From Eledone cirrhosa (Eukaryota), in assembly GCA_964016885.1 (NCBI GenBank), contig OZ024748.1, positions 54,932,001 through 54,996,000 on the forward strand: a stretch of 64,000 nucleotides of DNA, read 5' to 3'. This document shows, in pieces, positions 40,695-56,159 of this stretch (position 1 is the stretch's first letter; each line of letters begins with the position of its first letter). The notes under the pieces are model-generated. The model made no database searches and was not told the DNA's origin. It saw nothing but the letters and a program-made list of their open reading frames with translations. The position numbers and the translations under genes are program-made.

Positions 40695-40775
40695 GCTCTA
40701 TATAGTCTTAAAAAGTCTATTTCACGAAACTTTTCAGTGGGGTTAGTCACGGTTGGAGTCGTTCATCAGTAGAGC
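40695..40775 (-). ncRNA. Complete type I hammerhead ribozyme with extended stems II and III
   Basis: Minus strand: gctcta CTGATGA acga...tcgt GAAA tag a ctt ttt aag a cta ta | tagagc; perfect 6-bp stem I, AUA cleavage triplet. Confidence 0.85.
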
Positions 40776-43700
40776 TCAACACGATAACTAAGTGCCACAG
40801 CTAAAATATGCTAAAAGGGAATTTAAAAGCAGGCTAGTTACACCTCGTGTAGAATTAAGATAATAAACAGACATGGAGAACAGGGCTAGTGACGTCAGAA
40901 TGAAACGAATGACTGTTTACAAGAAACAGCAGTCAAAACATTCCGAAAAAAACTCAACAACGGCATGGAGTTCAGCATAAAGCAATATTATCACGGTTTT
41001 TAAAAAAAAACCGGGATTAGTCACAAATAATGTTATATATATATGTATATATATATGTATCGATCTCTTTTGATATATAATATATAACGGTCATGTGACT
41101 ATGAGAGAAGTATAGCTAAATAATGAGTGTGTGTGTGTGTGAACAAAGAGGTTGACTACATATAAAAGTTAAGAATATCTGGTAAAACACACCTGGAGGC
41201 GGCAAAATATGATCAACGATCAATTATTACCTTCATTTGCGTTAGGACGCACACGTATTACACACACAAACATATATATATATATATTCCTACACACAAT
41301 ATATATATGTATATTAATATATCTATATGACGTAACATTTGAGATAGGGCCCACACACACCTACCTACCCACCTACCTACCTATATGCGTTTATGAATCT
41401 ATATAACTCAACAATTATTTGAGTTAGGGCCCACTCACCAGCCTACCCACCCACCTTCCAATCCACCCACCTTCCTACCTACCCTTCCCACCCACCTTCC
41501 TACCCACCCACCTACGCACCCACCTGTGTATATGAATCTATATAGCTCAACATTTTTGAGTTATGGGCCACACACCAACCTACCTACCCAACACCCACCT
41601 TCCTACCTACCCAAACACCTACCTTACCACCAACCTCCCCACCCACCCGCCTATCTACCCATTATCTACCTGTGTATGTGAATATATATAACTCAACATG
41701 TATTGCACTGAAGATTCAGTTGACGTTGTTTAAGTTCGAGAAAGTTCGATATGGATGTCAAAAGACAACAAAAATACACAAATCATGAAACCAACAAACA
41801 AACCAACAAACCAAACCAAGGTTTGGTTTGGACTTGAATATTGTTAGAACTGTACGTATTTATTGATTGGGATATGGATACTACCTGATGCCATTCACGA
41901 TGTTGTGTTTCTCGCTTTCTTAATTAATAAACTGAAATTACCTTCATATCAATCAATGTAATCTTGTCAGCTAATTAAACATCGATCCGTCTATATCTAT
42001 CTTAAAAGCTTTGATCATTAAGTTACCAGCACACCTCCATAATTAACTTCCAATTAACCAGACATACCTTATTCGGCTAGTTACAGAAACGATAACACAC
42101 ACACACGTGTTTATATATAAATACATACATACATACATATATATATATACCCATACATACACACACACACATATATACACACACATACACAACATACATA
42201 TATACACATACATACACACACACACACATACATGCACACACACACATATATATAAATATATATATACCTTTATCTATTTGAATGTATGCGTATTTGTTAA
42301 CAAACCATACAATTGCTGGTCTGACAAGCTAACAAGAAAATCTCAATGTTGTCACTTGACTTGCTAGAAACAACAACCAAATTTCCCTCAAGACAGCCCC
42401 AATGCCGGCTGAATTTAGAGGGGGGGGGGTTAGATGTTAAAATCGTAGACATAAATAAAAAGGGAAAGGCCAATCTGTCATGGCCGGGATACATTTGAAC
42501 ACAGGTCTTCTCGATAATATTTGATATGGGCGTAAATAGCAACCCGTCTATGAGGAGGTCAGTTCCAAATAGTACCCCAAATGCCTCATAATCCTTCACA
42601 CTCTCATAATATGATAAGGGCATAGCTGAAATAAATACCTGTGATCATGTCTATTCGATTAAGGCTAACCTGCAACTACAAATCAATAGCATACATAAAA
42701 TCTGTCTATCGATTATCTAGTCATCTATTTATCGATCTATCTATCTATAGATGTATGAGGATCGGCTGAAATATTCATAGACTGACCAAGATACTCTCAT
42801 GGAATAACTAAATAAGGTTTATTTGTCAACATATTCTCCGGAAAGACAATGTAGTTATGAATAAGAAGAGTTGAAATTAATGCATGTAAGATTTCACAGC
42901 TCTAGCATCACTCCTTCATAGTCGGCCAATGAACATTTCAGCCCACCCTCGTATCTATATCTATCTATCTATCTATATATATATATATATATATATCCGT
43001 CCGTCCGTCCGTCCGCTTGGTTGTTTGTCTATCTAGGCAGTAGGTGAGGTAGTATCATTAGAGCGTTGGGTGTTTATGGGTCTCTTCGTCCTGAGTTAAA
43101 ATCCCGCCGAGTTTCACTTTGCCTTCTATCCTTTCGGAGTCGATATAGAAAGTCCCAGCCCAGTGCTGGTGCAATCCTTTCCTCTTCCAGCTGTCTCATT
43201 CCCGATGTTCAGTTGGATCAAGATAGAGATGATCTAGGGTGTGACAGCATGGGGGCCTAAAACCCTTAGCAAAAGTATTGTAATACTATCAAGTTATACT
43301 CGATTCCTAGGCGAGGGACGACTATAGATATGAATGTATGCATCTATCTATTTGTCTGCACGGTTGTCTACGAATCCACACAACTAACGATCTCGTAGAT
43401 TCAAGTTAAATGCTGTTAGGTTGTCAACAGCTGTGTGGGCAATACAGGCATAATGTATTTTTAAATCTGCCGGAACCCTTCTCATCTCCAAGTCTGAATA
43501 CAGCAGATTTCTTCCAGAGAAGGATAGAGTAATATAGAGACGAAGTGAGAAAGAAACATAGAGAACGAATTGACCTCAGTACATGGGTGGCAATTATTTT
43601 TCATTAATCACGAAAGCGAGATTTGAACTTGGAGAGCAGGAACAAATACTACAAGATAGGGTAATACAGGCAAACTCTTCCTCAAATCGCACCCTATCTT

Positions 43701-44125
43701 CTTTAATAAAAAAGGAGATATTAGATAACGTGCTCTTAGATCTTCCTGTCAAAATTATTGTCTATAAAACCTTGCAATTACCGATCTGATTACACTATTA
43801 ACTAACGTATACCAGCAGTCTAGTGTTCAACTAAAAACATGTATATTTTTAATAGCTAAATGTCTGCATCGGAGAAATATATATCTATATATATATATAT
43901 ACATATAATTAAATGAAATAAAAATAATCTATCGACATACCTAGCTAATGAAACATGCAGCCAATACATTGGGAAAGCAATTAGAGAGAGAGGGAGAGAG
44001 AGAGAGGGAGAGAGAGATAGAGAGAGAGAGAGGGAGAGAGAGAGAGATGCATATCTAGACATTAACTGGTGACGTCAATACTGTCTACCTGAATTTCCTT
44101 GAAGCTGGTTTGACGAAACGCACAC

Positions 44126-44162
<37 letters not shown>

Positions 44163-44208
44163 CACACACGCACATATATATATACATATATATATATATA
44201 CACACACG

Positions 44209-44279
<71 letters not shown>

Positions 44280-44797
44280 ATATGTATATATACATACACA
44301 CACATATGTATACATATATGTACACGTGTGTGGACTGATATTCTTCAATTAGATTTAAGCACTCGACGTTATGTGTTTTCTTACAAATATAATTTGTTAG
44401 ACAGTGACGGAGTATAGGCACAATAAGGGTAATTACGAAGGTACGATGTAGATGTTCATAATGCCTTTATTCATAAAGTTGTGATACGTATTTCAATGGC
44501 GTTCATGGCTACGTGATACTTCGCTCACGCCACCAGTAACGCGACATCATCAGATAACATTTTATGCACTAAGGTTATGTAACCAATATAATACAAGCTA
44601 AAGGGAAGGGGACGGAGAAACGTGATGTTTTCACCACTTCTTTCATTCGAATGATGATTTCATAAGAATGAAATAGTTCTAGACTTGAAGCCATTAATGT
44701 ATGAAATAAATACACTTCTCTTCTAATCTGCTGAGTATCTTATTTCATTGCAGCCTCTTTCTAATCCCCTTCGGAAAAACAATCAGCGAGTGTTTAA

Positions 44798-45018
44798 CCC
44801 TTTAGCATTTACATTCCTCTATATATACTATTGTAATTTTGTGGTAAAGGCTTTATCTTACATAATTGTCTCACATAATATCGAATCTATGAGATTTTGA
44901 TGTTATTTATTTTGAGAACAATACCTTAATGTCAGTATGAGCGAGCAGTTATGGCCAGTTTGAACAAATAGAGGCGAGAAAATTCTGGCCGGATATGGCC
45001 GGCTTAAATACTAAAGGA
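44798..45018. mobile_element. piggyBac-type MITE (uninterrupted)
   Basis: ttaa|ccctttagcattta ... taaatactaaagga|ttaa; inverted relative to 10893-11753. Confidence 0.85.
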
Positions 45019-45168
45019 TTAAGTGTGAGTGTACGTGTGTATTTAGATTGACGAGAGAACGAGGCTGACCCACGGTAACAGCCCATTTGATCTGCCAAAT
45101 AAACTATATGTAGTATCTATTTATGTAAAGAGAAAAGTGGTCAATTCTATAAAAAATATCTAAGGTCT

Positions 45169-45203
<35 letters not shown>

Positions 45204-45229
45204 GGAAACCGCTTATTATAATTATATAT

Positions 45230-45420
45230 ATAATTGTTTCTACTCTAGGCACAAGGTCAGCAATTACCCAGTGCATTACTGGTACTTCATTTTATCGACC
45301 CCGTAAGGATGAAAGACAAAGTCAACCTCGGCGGGATTTGAACTCAGATCGTAAAGGGACGTAACTATGCTGGAAAGCATGGCGTCCGACCCTCTACCGA
45401 TACTGCCAATCCACCGCCCT
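45230..45420 (-). mobile_element. tRNA-derived SINE
   Basis: Same family consensus, full head. Confidence 0.9.
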
Positions 45421-46247
45421 TATTTATATATAATATATATAATGATTGATCAACTAAAATATAATTATATATAATATTAATCGGTTATTGTTATCGAAAG
45501 AACTACGTCCACAAATGATCACAATAAACGGGGCTTGCACTGTGTGTTTATATATATATAATAGATATATAATTAATTACTTATGTGTATGCAAGGGGTG
45601 TGAATAACCTGGATTAAATATATTACTCATGTAGCTAACAATCACGTTTCTGTCAGGCTAACTACCTTCATTTCTCATTCTTAGTTAATGAACGCCCCCA
45701 CCCCTCCCCTCTCCAACCAACAACTATCTTGTTATGAATCTACCTAGCAACATACCTACATAAGTAGTTATATATTAATAGTCAGGAAAGTAATTCTTAC
45801 GCAAGAGCAAGATACATGAGGGTTTTACACATATACATACATATATAGATATACCTACATACATATATACACAGACGTATACCTACATATATACACATAT
45901 GCAGACATACATATATACACACATACACAGATATACATATATACATATACACAGATATACATATACACAGATATACACATGCACAGATATACATATATAC
46001 ACATGCACAGATATACATATATACACAGATATACATATACACACATACATGTATACACAGACATTTGTACACATATAGACACATGTATACATATTAGACG
46101 TATATATGATATATACATATATATACATATATATATATAGACGTATATATGATATATACATATATATACATATATATATATAGACGTAGATATGATATAT
46201 ACATATATATACATATATATATATATAGACGTAGATATGATATATAC

Positions 46248-46278
<31 letters not shown>

Positions 46279-46424
46279 GACGTATATATGATATATACAT
46301 ATATATATACACATATATGCAAAAGTTTTATTTAAAATTGTTGGGATACAACAAGTAAATATTTTATAACTGATATAAAGCACTCGACAAGTTTTTGGAG
46401 TAGATATACGATATTAAATAAATG

Positions 46425-46489
46425 TATTTTATCTGACGAAGGCATGCCATATTTTAATTTGGTATCCCTGAAATATGTATAATGAAATA
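46425..46489 (+). ncRNA. Complete type I hammerhead ribozyme
   Basis: tattttat CTGACGA agg c atgcca...tggtat c cct GAAA tatgtata | atgaaata; 8-bp stem I, predicted cleavage after 46481. Confidence 0.85.
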
Positions 46490-47154
46490 AATATGGTTTT
46501 ATAAATATAGTTTCCATTTATTTAATATCGTATACACGTATACATATATATAGACGTATATATGATATATACATATATATGATATATAGACGTATATATG
46601 ATATATACATATATATATATATAGAGAGAGACGTATATATGATATATACATATATATATATATATATAGACGTATATATGATATATACATATATATATTT
46701 ACATATATATGATATATTCATATATATATATACATATATATGATATATTCATATATATATATACATATATATGATATATTCATATATATGATATATCATA
46801 TATATATGAATATATATATATGTATATATGATATATTCATATATATATGATAATTCATATATATATGAATATCATATATGTATATATATGATATATATAT
46901 ATATGAATATATCATATATATATATGAATATCATATATAATATATATGATATATCATATATATATGATATCATATAATGAATATATATATGTATATATAT
47001 ATATAGACGTACATATGATATATACATATATATATATATATAGACGTATATATGATATATACATATATATACATATATATGATATATACATATATATACA
47101 TATATATGATATATACATATATATATATATATAGACGTATATATGATATATACA

Positions 47155-47190
<36 letters not shown>

Positions 47191-49362
47191 GACGTATATA
47201 TGATATATACATATATATATATATATATACATATATTATATATATAGACGTATATATGATATATACATATATATATATATATATACATATATTATATATA
47301 TAGACGTATATATGATATATACATATATATATATATACATATACATATATATACATATATACATATACATACATATACATATATATATACACACACAATA
47401 TACATACACATATATAAATACCTATACACACACACACGCACACACACACACACACAAAACGTTCGCATACCGCCTGGAATGCTTGGAGGATTGGTTAACA
47501 ATGACGAAGCCTCAATGATCAGTGAATATTAATCCTTAGAGTATATATAACCTTAAAATTACTATGCTGAGCCGTCGATAGCAGTATTGTTTCTTGATTA
47601 TGTTATAAGGAATGTTGTGTTGTGGAGATAGGGGCGATCATATTTACTGTTCATTTGTTAATACAGAAAATGTTTGTTTTTCTCCATACCTTACCTTGAT
47701 CAACTAAAAACTATTCAACTGCTTTTATCACCCGGCAACACATTCACACCAAGACACATATATATATATATATAATTAACACTCACTTCAAACACATTTA
47801 TAATAAACAATTACTCATACCATAGCAATTACTCAAAGCACATATCTATAATACATATACAAACACACACATAAACATACGCTAATCACTCACTTAAAAC
47901 ACATACATCTATAATACACACAATAACCACTTACTTCAAATACATGTATAATAAACACACACATAGCAATTACTCAAAGCACATATCTATAATACATACA
48001 CAAACACACTAATCACTCACTTATAACGCATATCTATATCACACACATAATAATCTGTCACTTAAAACATACATCTACAATACACACACACACAAACACA
48101 CAATTAAGACGTAAAACATATCAATGATACACACATATGTTCACATATATACATACACTTCACACGTTCGTCGTTTCTTTTAAACTACACATATTTATTG
48201 TCTATATTTTTCCACAAACCACCCAAATGCTGTTTTGAGATCAAAATAAGCCGCCATGTAATTTTTTTATTTTAAATAGAGTTGTACGATTTATTTAGAA
48301 AAATGTCCAGATTAAAGGAAATATGAATATGTTTTTGCAGTGATTAACAGAGTACCCTTCATCACTTCGACGTTACTAATAAATGTAGATATCAAATATG
48401 AGGGTCGGCTGAAAGGTTCATAGACAGACCGAGACACGCTCATGGAATGACCACATATGGTTTATTTTTTAACATATTCCCTAGAAAGAAACAATGCAGT
48501 TATTAATAAGAAGAGTTGAAGGTCAGCTAAAAAGTTCAATCGCTGACCAAGATACTCTCATGCAATGACCACATGTGGTTTATTTTTCAACATAGTCGCT
48601 AGAAAGAAACAATGCAGTTAATAAGAAGAGTTGAAATTAATGTATGCTAGATTTCACAGCTCTAGCACCACTCCTTCATAGTCAGCCTTTGAACGGTTTA
48701 GCCTACCATCATATTAAGGTCATTTCAATTGATATTTCTGTTCTTCACAAACGTTCTACCTTACGATGAAGGCATATTCAACATCAGATAAGCTGAAGGT
48801 TGTGGATAGTAGAATCGGTAGAGTGCTGAAAGAAAGTATTGCGCTATTTAACTATATCGCTTTAGGATTAGTTCAAATGCCATCAGCGGGCACTTACCTT
48901 TTTGTTTAGTTCTGAGGTTGATAAAATAAATATCAATAAAATACTTGGATTGATGGATTTAACCGATTATATTGCTTCCTTGATATTTTGGATCTTTACA
49001 TTTTAAGATCAATAGTTTTGGGATTTTCTGTTCGTTTTTAATTCAGATCTTGCTATTGTTGACATTAGATTCTATCTAGCTAAATACTGAGATCAATCTA
49101 ATCAGCTATAATAATCATTCAGCTTTGAGGTTTTTTTCCTATATCAGAAAACCCATAGTACTACAGTCTGAATTTCATTGCCTTCTCGCCAAAGTTTACA
49201 TTTTTTGCCGATATACATAAAGATACATGTATGCACACATACACAATGGTATTTTGGTTATGACTTTCCATTTCAACATCGTGTAACTTATATTACTGTC
49301 AATATATTTGAGGATACATCTTATAAATGGAGTCACATATCAGGTACATTTTATTCACACAG

Positions 49363-49395
<33 letters not shown>

Positions 49396-49405
49396 CATAC
49401 ATACA

Positions 49406-49437
<32 letters not shown>

Positions 49438-50549
49438 AATATAACAAGTTCGGATTCAGCTGTCGGAACGGCCGGAGCTCAGTCGTCGGGATCCTGACTC
49501 TTTCCTACATACATATATACATACATACTACAATGATTATAGTGATGGTACTTTCATATTAGAGCTTAGCTTCAATCATTGTCTAACTGGATATGTACCG
49601 TATCGTAGACTTTCATTTACTGACTGAATTGTCGGGGAACCGTTGTGACAAGCCAATCTTCTCCATTTATCACATACCATATCTCGGATCTAAACAGGAC
49701 ATGTATGATAGTCCAATAACTTTTTTTAAAAAGCCCGAAACCTTAAAAATAAAGGTTTGTAGATTTCTAGTAAAAAAACGAAGCAAAATACCGGCCCCCA
49801 ACCCCCCCAAACCCCCCAAAATACAAAAAAGCATAAACAAAAACCAAACCAAACTAAATCGAAACAAAACAACAACAAACAATATTTTCAATATATGTAG
49901 CTGAATGCATACAATTTCCCTTAATAATGTTTTTTGATTATTTTCCTAGAGGAGTGGTTTGATTTCCACAGTTTATAATAAACGAACTAGGTAGCGGACA
50001 AACAAAAGCAAAATGACATTTTCTCTCTTTCAATCTTTATTGCTTCTCTTTCATAGGTGTTCTTTGTTTCTCATTTCCACTCTTTATTCATTCCTTTGTT
50101 TTCTCTTTTATTTATATTATTTTTTATTTGTTTTGTTAAAATTATATATTTTTCTTTGCGTTCTTATTATTTTCCTTTATATCTTTGTAAACTAGGTAGA
50201 CAAAAGAAAGCTATAAAACAGCTCAGAAAATAATAGAAAACAAATGCTGTAAGAAAAGAATCCTTTTGTTTGCAGTGGTGCCCCCAATCTGTGAGCAGTG
50301 AGCGGACGTTTGTATTTCGATGTGTCGCAAAACAATGGAGCGACAGTAAGTAGTGAAATCTTTATTGTACTTAAAATACCACTAGCTTATTGGTTATAAT
50401 GGAGGAACGAATAATCGAACGAATGAATGAATAAATAAATAAATAAATATAAATGTAAAAACAAAACATGCCTTGTGTAGGGAGGGCGATGACAAGAACC
50501 TTAGGTACTCTTTCCTAAACACACAACCAATATAGAAATCAAAATATGT

Positions 50550-50588
<39 letters not shown>

Positions 50589-50794
50589 ACTCTTTGCATA
50601 CACGTTTATATATATACATATTTACATAGATACACATAAACACATGTGGTTTATTTTTTAACATATTCCCTATACATATATGCATACACACTACACACAC
50701 ATACCTATACACACACACATACCTATACACACACACACATGTATATATATATATATATATATACTTCTTTGCATAAACATTTATATATATGCAT

Positions 50795-50867
<73 letters not shown>

Positions 50868-51340
50868 GAAACACATATGTATATATATATGTACACACGC
50901 ACTCACCTATACACATACGTACACACGTGTGTTTGTTTTTGTGTGAGAGTGTACGTAGAGTTGAAGACACGGTCACATATCCGGTTGATGTATTTAATGT
51001 TGAGTTAATCTAAAACTTTAATATCAGTTTTTGTACTAGTTTAGGTGGTAAATAAAAAGACATGGAGGGATATGTCATATCAAATCTTGTCTGTGTGTCA
51101 CTCTTATCAGTAATTCATTAAAATCTGTACCATCATATGTGTTAACAGAAAGGTAAAAGCATGTACAGTGACATTTGAAGTATATTTCCGATTTTTCGAA
51201 TCATGACGTTGCTACACAATTTTCTTTCGTCCAATATAAATGCAACTACACCAAAATTATATCAGATTTATCTTTCTAATCATAAATCACGGAATAATTA
51301 AACCCAGAGCTACACTGCTCTCTTCTGTTAAAGTCTGCTC

Positions 51341-51369
<29 letters not shown>

Positions 51370-51372
<3 letters not shown>

Positions 51373-51552
51373 TGTTTTTACTTTTGGCATAAGGCCAGCA
51401 ATTAATCAATGCATTACTGGTACTTTATTTTATCGACCCCGTAAGGATGAAAGGCAAAGTTAACCTCGGCGGGATTTGAACTCAGAATGAAAAGGGCCGT
51501 AACTATGCGTCAAAGCATGGCGCCCGACCATCTACCGATACTGCCAATCCAC
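51370..51552 (-). mobile_element. tRNA-derived SINE within (CA)n
   Basis: Same family consensus. Confidence 0.9.
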
Positions 51553-54500
51553 ACACACACAATAATAACAACAAAAGCACTGCTAAGTGTGCACGTATAA
51601 GGAAATGAAATCACTTATGGTGAGAGATGAAAGATATACCGATTCCAATAGTCATGGAACATTTCATTTAATCCTATTATTAGCTCTATCACATTATACT
51701 ATGATGTACTTTTAAAATGGAAACTTAAATACGATGACATTAACCCATTTGTCACCATATTTCTAACGACAGAAATTGCTTACAATTTTGATATCGTTTT
51801 GAAAATAATAATTTGTAGGGATATTGTAATATATATTTAAAAAAAAAAAACTTTCGTTATTTAGTTGGTATTTGGAGTATAAATTAAAGCTTCTTGTGTG
51901 AAATAATTATGGAAGCTTTAAAATAAACTGTTTTATATCACAGTATCGGTTTTAGGAGCTTTGGTACGAAAAGAGTTATAGGTAATGGCCGACAGAAAAG
52001 AAAACCATTCGGAGGGATAACAACTGCTTGATTAGACATGGGAAACTGAACATAGAAAAGCTAGTGTAGGATATTACAAGGCAGTTTAATGAATATGTAA
52101 GTATTGGTGAGAGAGTGCATCGTAAAACATTAATAACATTTATATACGAAACAAGCTTATGAGAATTACAAATGAAAACAATAGAGTCATTGTTGTTTAG
52201 TCTTAAGTCAGCTCTGATCAAGCAGACATATTTATGATCAAAAGCGTTCCAATGGTGTTTCGTAAAACTAAGAGTACATTCTTTAATGTGTTCCTTCGTG
52301 GTAAAAGTGGTTATGGAAGGATTTGAGGGAGGTTTGGTTGATATTTTTAGTAGCTAAAAGAACAAATGGTGACATAGCAGTTAAATGTCATCAAATCACT
52401 CAAATATTGCCTTAACAAATGAAAAGACCACGTTAGATGTAATTTTAGTTACCTATATAAAGATGGTGCAATTAGAACTGGAAAACATTTAGTCAGAGGT
52501 ATGGCGAATGAAGGATAACCAACAACAAGAACAACAACAACAACGACAACGAATGCATAGAAAATGGATACACAGCTTCAGGTACAAATGCCTATTATGT
52601 ATGCCTCTAATACAATATAAATAATATATAATTGTGATAACCTGTGTTAGCTGATACAGCCAATCGACTGATAATGTAATCAGGTGGAATCACTCGACGC
52701 TGCGCAAGCTACATGGTATTACGTGTATGGTATCGGACGGAGTATTAATATGAAGAAAAGGAAGGGAGACGATATCATATCCAACATCGCTTTAATCCCA
52801 TAGAAGAGGTAATACCACATCGTTTCCTTTCCTTTATACACACACATTTCATCTCCCATCAGGGTCGATATGCTTATATTGTGCTAGTATCTGAATATAC
52901 AATCATTTTTACGAGTTCATAATGTACGAGGGGAGGCTGAAAAGATCAGTCTGACTACGAAGGAGAGATGCTAGAGCTGTGAAATCTTGTAAGCATTAGT
53001 TTCAACCCATCTTAGTAATAACTGAATTGTCCCTTTCCGGGGACCATGTTGACAAATAAACCTCAGTCATTCTATGAGAGTATCTTGGTCATCCTATGAA
53101 ATTTTCAGCCGACCCATGTAAGTTAGGATTAATCTGGTACAATATTCTGTGAAGTATATGCTTCGCTGGCACAAGACAGAAATATGTTCGGAGTTGTCTC
53201 CCGTAGAAGCTATAATAATTACTGTAATATTAATCATGGATCTAATATTCCCCCTTCTTCAGTACATTAGTATTTCTAATTAGTCTTCCGATGCTAGAAT
53301 TAAATAGGTCCTTCCCTAATTAACTATATAAGTCCTACATATGTGTGTATATGTATCTGTATGCCTGTGTCTATATATAGGAATATGTGTGGCTGTTTTT
53401 ACTAATCTATGTGTATGTGTGTGAGTATATGTGCAAGTATATTTGTTAGTTTGCGACATGTGATAGTATATATGTGTGTGTGTGTGTGCGCGCGTGTAAG
53501 TGTATCTGATTCCATCTATATTTCAGTACATGTATTTATTTGTGTAAGTATGGCAATGCGTCTCTCCCACCTCTCTATCTGTAAGAGCGAATGAGTATGT
53601 ATGTGTGTGTGCGTGTGTGTGTGTGAGTGCTAATGTATAAATTGTGTGTGTGTGTGTGTGTGTGTGTGTTAATGTTTAAATGTGTGTGTGAGTACGAGTG
53701 AGCGTGTGAGTACGAGTGAGCGTGTGTATATGCGTGCGAGTGTATATGCGTACGAGTGTAATATATGCGTGCGAGTGTATATATGTGTATGGGTGTGTGT
53801 TGAGTGTGTGTGTATATATATACGTGTGTGCAAGCGTGTGTATGTTTTATGTATGTTTTAGGCCATCATCAACATAGAATTACGTCTAGTGATGGTCGGT
53901 CTTTCGTATTTACTTATAACGAATTCATGTCTTGGGAACATCCGTGCCGAATTTAATTTCTCAAGGTTTTTAATGAAACAAATCTTGATATTTCTCTTCG
54001 GTAATTAATGATTCTTAAGATGAAGCAAGCGTCGTCAGTGTATGTTCAACCGAAATTACTCTAATTAAGGGAACCAACCAAAATTAGATCAATTTGGAAA
54101 GGAAATTGATCAAAGTTGGAATCATCTAGTTAGGTCCCGATAAAAATGAAGCTAAATTAGGTGGGAGGACTAAATGTGTTTGTAGGGAAGGGGGAGGCGA
54201 GATAAGAAGCTGAGAAAAGGGGGGAGGGGGAGGAAGGGGAGCATAAAGCTATGGAGAAGGAGGGAGGAACAAAGGTGAAAGAGGGGAATTAGTGCTATTA
54301 CGCATACTGACCAAAATGTAGGAACGACTTCTATAACTCAATTAAAGAAAACACAAAATTGACCTTAATTTTCAGCACGTTTAATCAATCTAGCAATCGC
54401 CTTCCCCGTACCAGCAAACATTTATCTATAACATTTTATATATATATACATAATGTATGTATGTATTGCATTTGGAAAATTTGAAACGTGTTCGTCTCAA

Positions 54501-54689
54501 TGCAAATGACCATAATAATATAAATAAATAAATGAAGAAAAAAATCGAGTAAAGTAACCTTGGTAGGAGAAAACACTGGACAACATCTCAGGTGTGTTAA
54601 CTCCAAATTCCGTCTATTTAGAAGAATATGCCTGTAGCTAGAGGTGTAAATAAAGCGGATACTTTATCCAATTTTCTCATATATATATA

Positions 54690-54893
54690 TAGGTAGAACA
54701 CCGAAAGGTAATATCCGTAGTGGTACAGCACTTACTCCATGGGACGAGTTTGATAGAAGTAGAAACACAACAGTTAGTTCACCATACCGAGAACAATTGT
54801 TTCACCTTAGCGGATCTTCAGCTCGTACTCTGAAGATCCGCTAAGGTGAAACAATTGTTCTCGGTATGGTGAACTAACTGTTGTATTTCAACT
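54690..54893 (-). mobile_element. Hammerhead-bearing fold-back element in (TA)n (palindrome 54767-54884)
   Basis: 55-bp perfect arms, 8-nt loop, TA repeats on both sides. Confidence 0.85.
54788..54825 (-). ncRNA. Minimal type I hammerhead ribozyme
   Basis: Minus strand: cgag CTGAAGA tccgctaaggt GAAA c aatt g tt | ctcg; palindromic CAATTG stem III, weak stem II. Confidence 0.7.
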
Positions 54894-54999
54894 AATATAT
54901 ATATATATATATATGACTGTTTTTTTATTCAAATTCTTTACATATAAAAAAGCAAATTCTGGACCAACCACCTGGATACATTTCAGATATAGTTTAAAT

Positions 55000-55177
55000 A
55001 AATAATTGTTTCTGCTTTAGGCACAAGGCCAGCAATTACCCAGTACATTATTGGTACTTTATTTTATCGACCCCGTAAGGATGAAAGGCAAAGTTAACCT
55101 CGGCGGGATTTGAACTCAGACTGTAAAGGGACGTAACTATGCTAGAAAGCATGGCGTCCAACCCTCTACCGATACTG
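55000..55177 (-). mobile_element. tRNA-derived SINE
   Basis: Same family consensus. Confidence 0.9.
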
Positions 55178-55955
55178 TCCATAGCTCTGAGTAATTGTAA
55201 TTGATATACTCAGTAGTTACAAGTTGCATAATAAAAGGTTTGAGTAAAGGAATCTTAACTGGTAAAGTCGTACTTGCACCGTCCTAATACACAGCCTGTT
55301 GTGGGCATTTTAAACATAACGGATCCCATCACTTTCCAGATCTAAACATAGCCCTATTCTTCCAGAAAAAGAAATAGAGAAACTGATAAAGAGATATAAA
55401 GGAAAAGTCGACTCTAGAACTTTAATGGTATATTATCAATCTCGAAATTCTAAAGTCTGTCTCGAATAACGAGAGCTCATCAGGCAGCTGCCTACCCCGC
55501 TTTTCGTGACGTTAAGCAAATGAGAGTAGAAGACCGCCGCCCCCCGGTCAGGACGCCTGTCCATCGCTACTGCTAGTACTCATTTTCAGTTGAGTATACT
55601 GGATGAAAGTGAATTGAAGTGTTTTGCTCAAGAACACAACACACAACCAGTCCAGAAATTGAACCCACGACATTATGATCGTAAGACAAACACCCTTAAA
55701 ACGAGGCCTAACTCCTTTTCACACAATCGAAAAAGACCACGACAAAAACAACGAAAAAGACGACGAAAAAGACGTAAAAGACGAAAAAGGATGATATTTA
55801 AAATTGATCTCGGTGGGATTTGAATTTAGAGCGTAGGGATCCAGCACAAATACCGATGTATATTTAATTGAATCCCCTAACGACTCTTTTACTATGGTAA
55901 ATCTTAAGTTTAAACCAACATTTAGCGACCAGTGGGTTATAGGTGTGCGGACATA

Positions 55956-56016
<61 letters not shown>

Positions 56017-56159
56017 TCTAGGTAACCTGAAAGTACTCATTTAATTTGAGCCTATGATGGGTATTTCTGTGTCACAACGAATGCAACCAGCTTGTAGAAA
56101 TATAATGTATGCCTCGGTTAATTAAATATCTCTCAATGTATAGGGCTTGATCAGTTACT

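Noticed and set aside
44505-44558. Minus-strand CTGATGA-hairpin-GAAG
   Set aside because: GAAG instead of GAAA and no stem I
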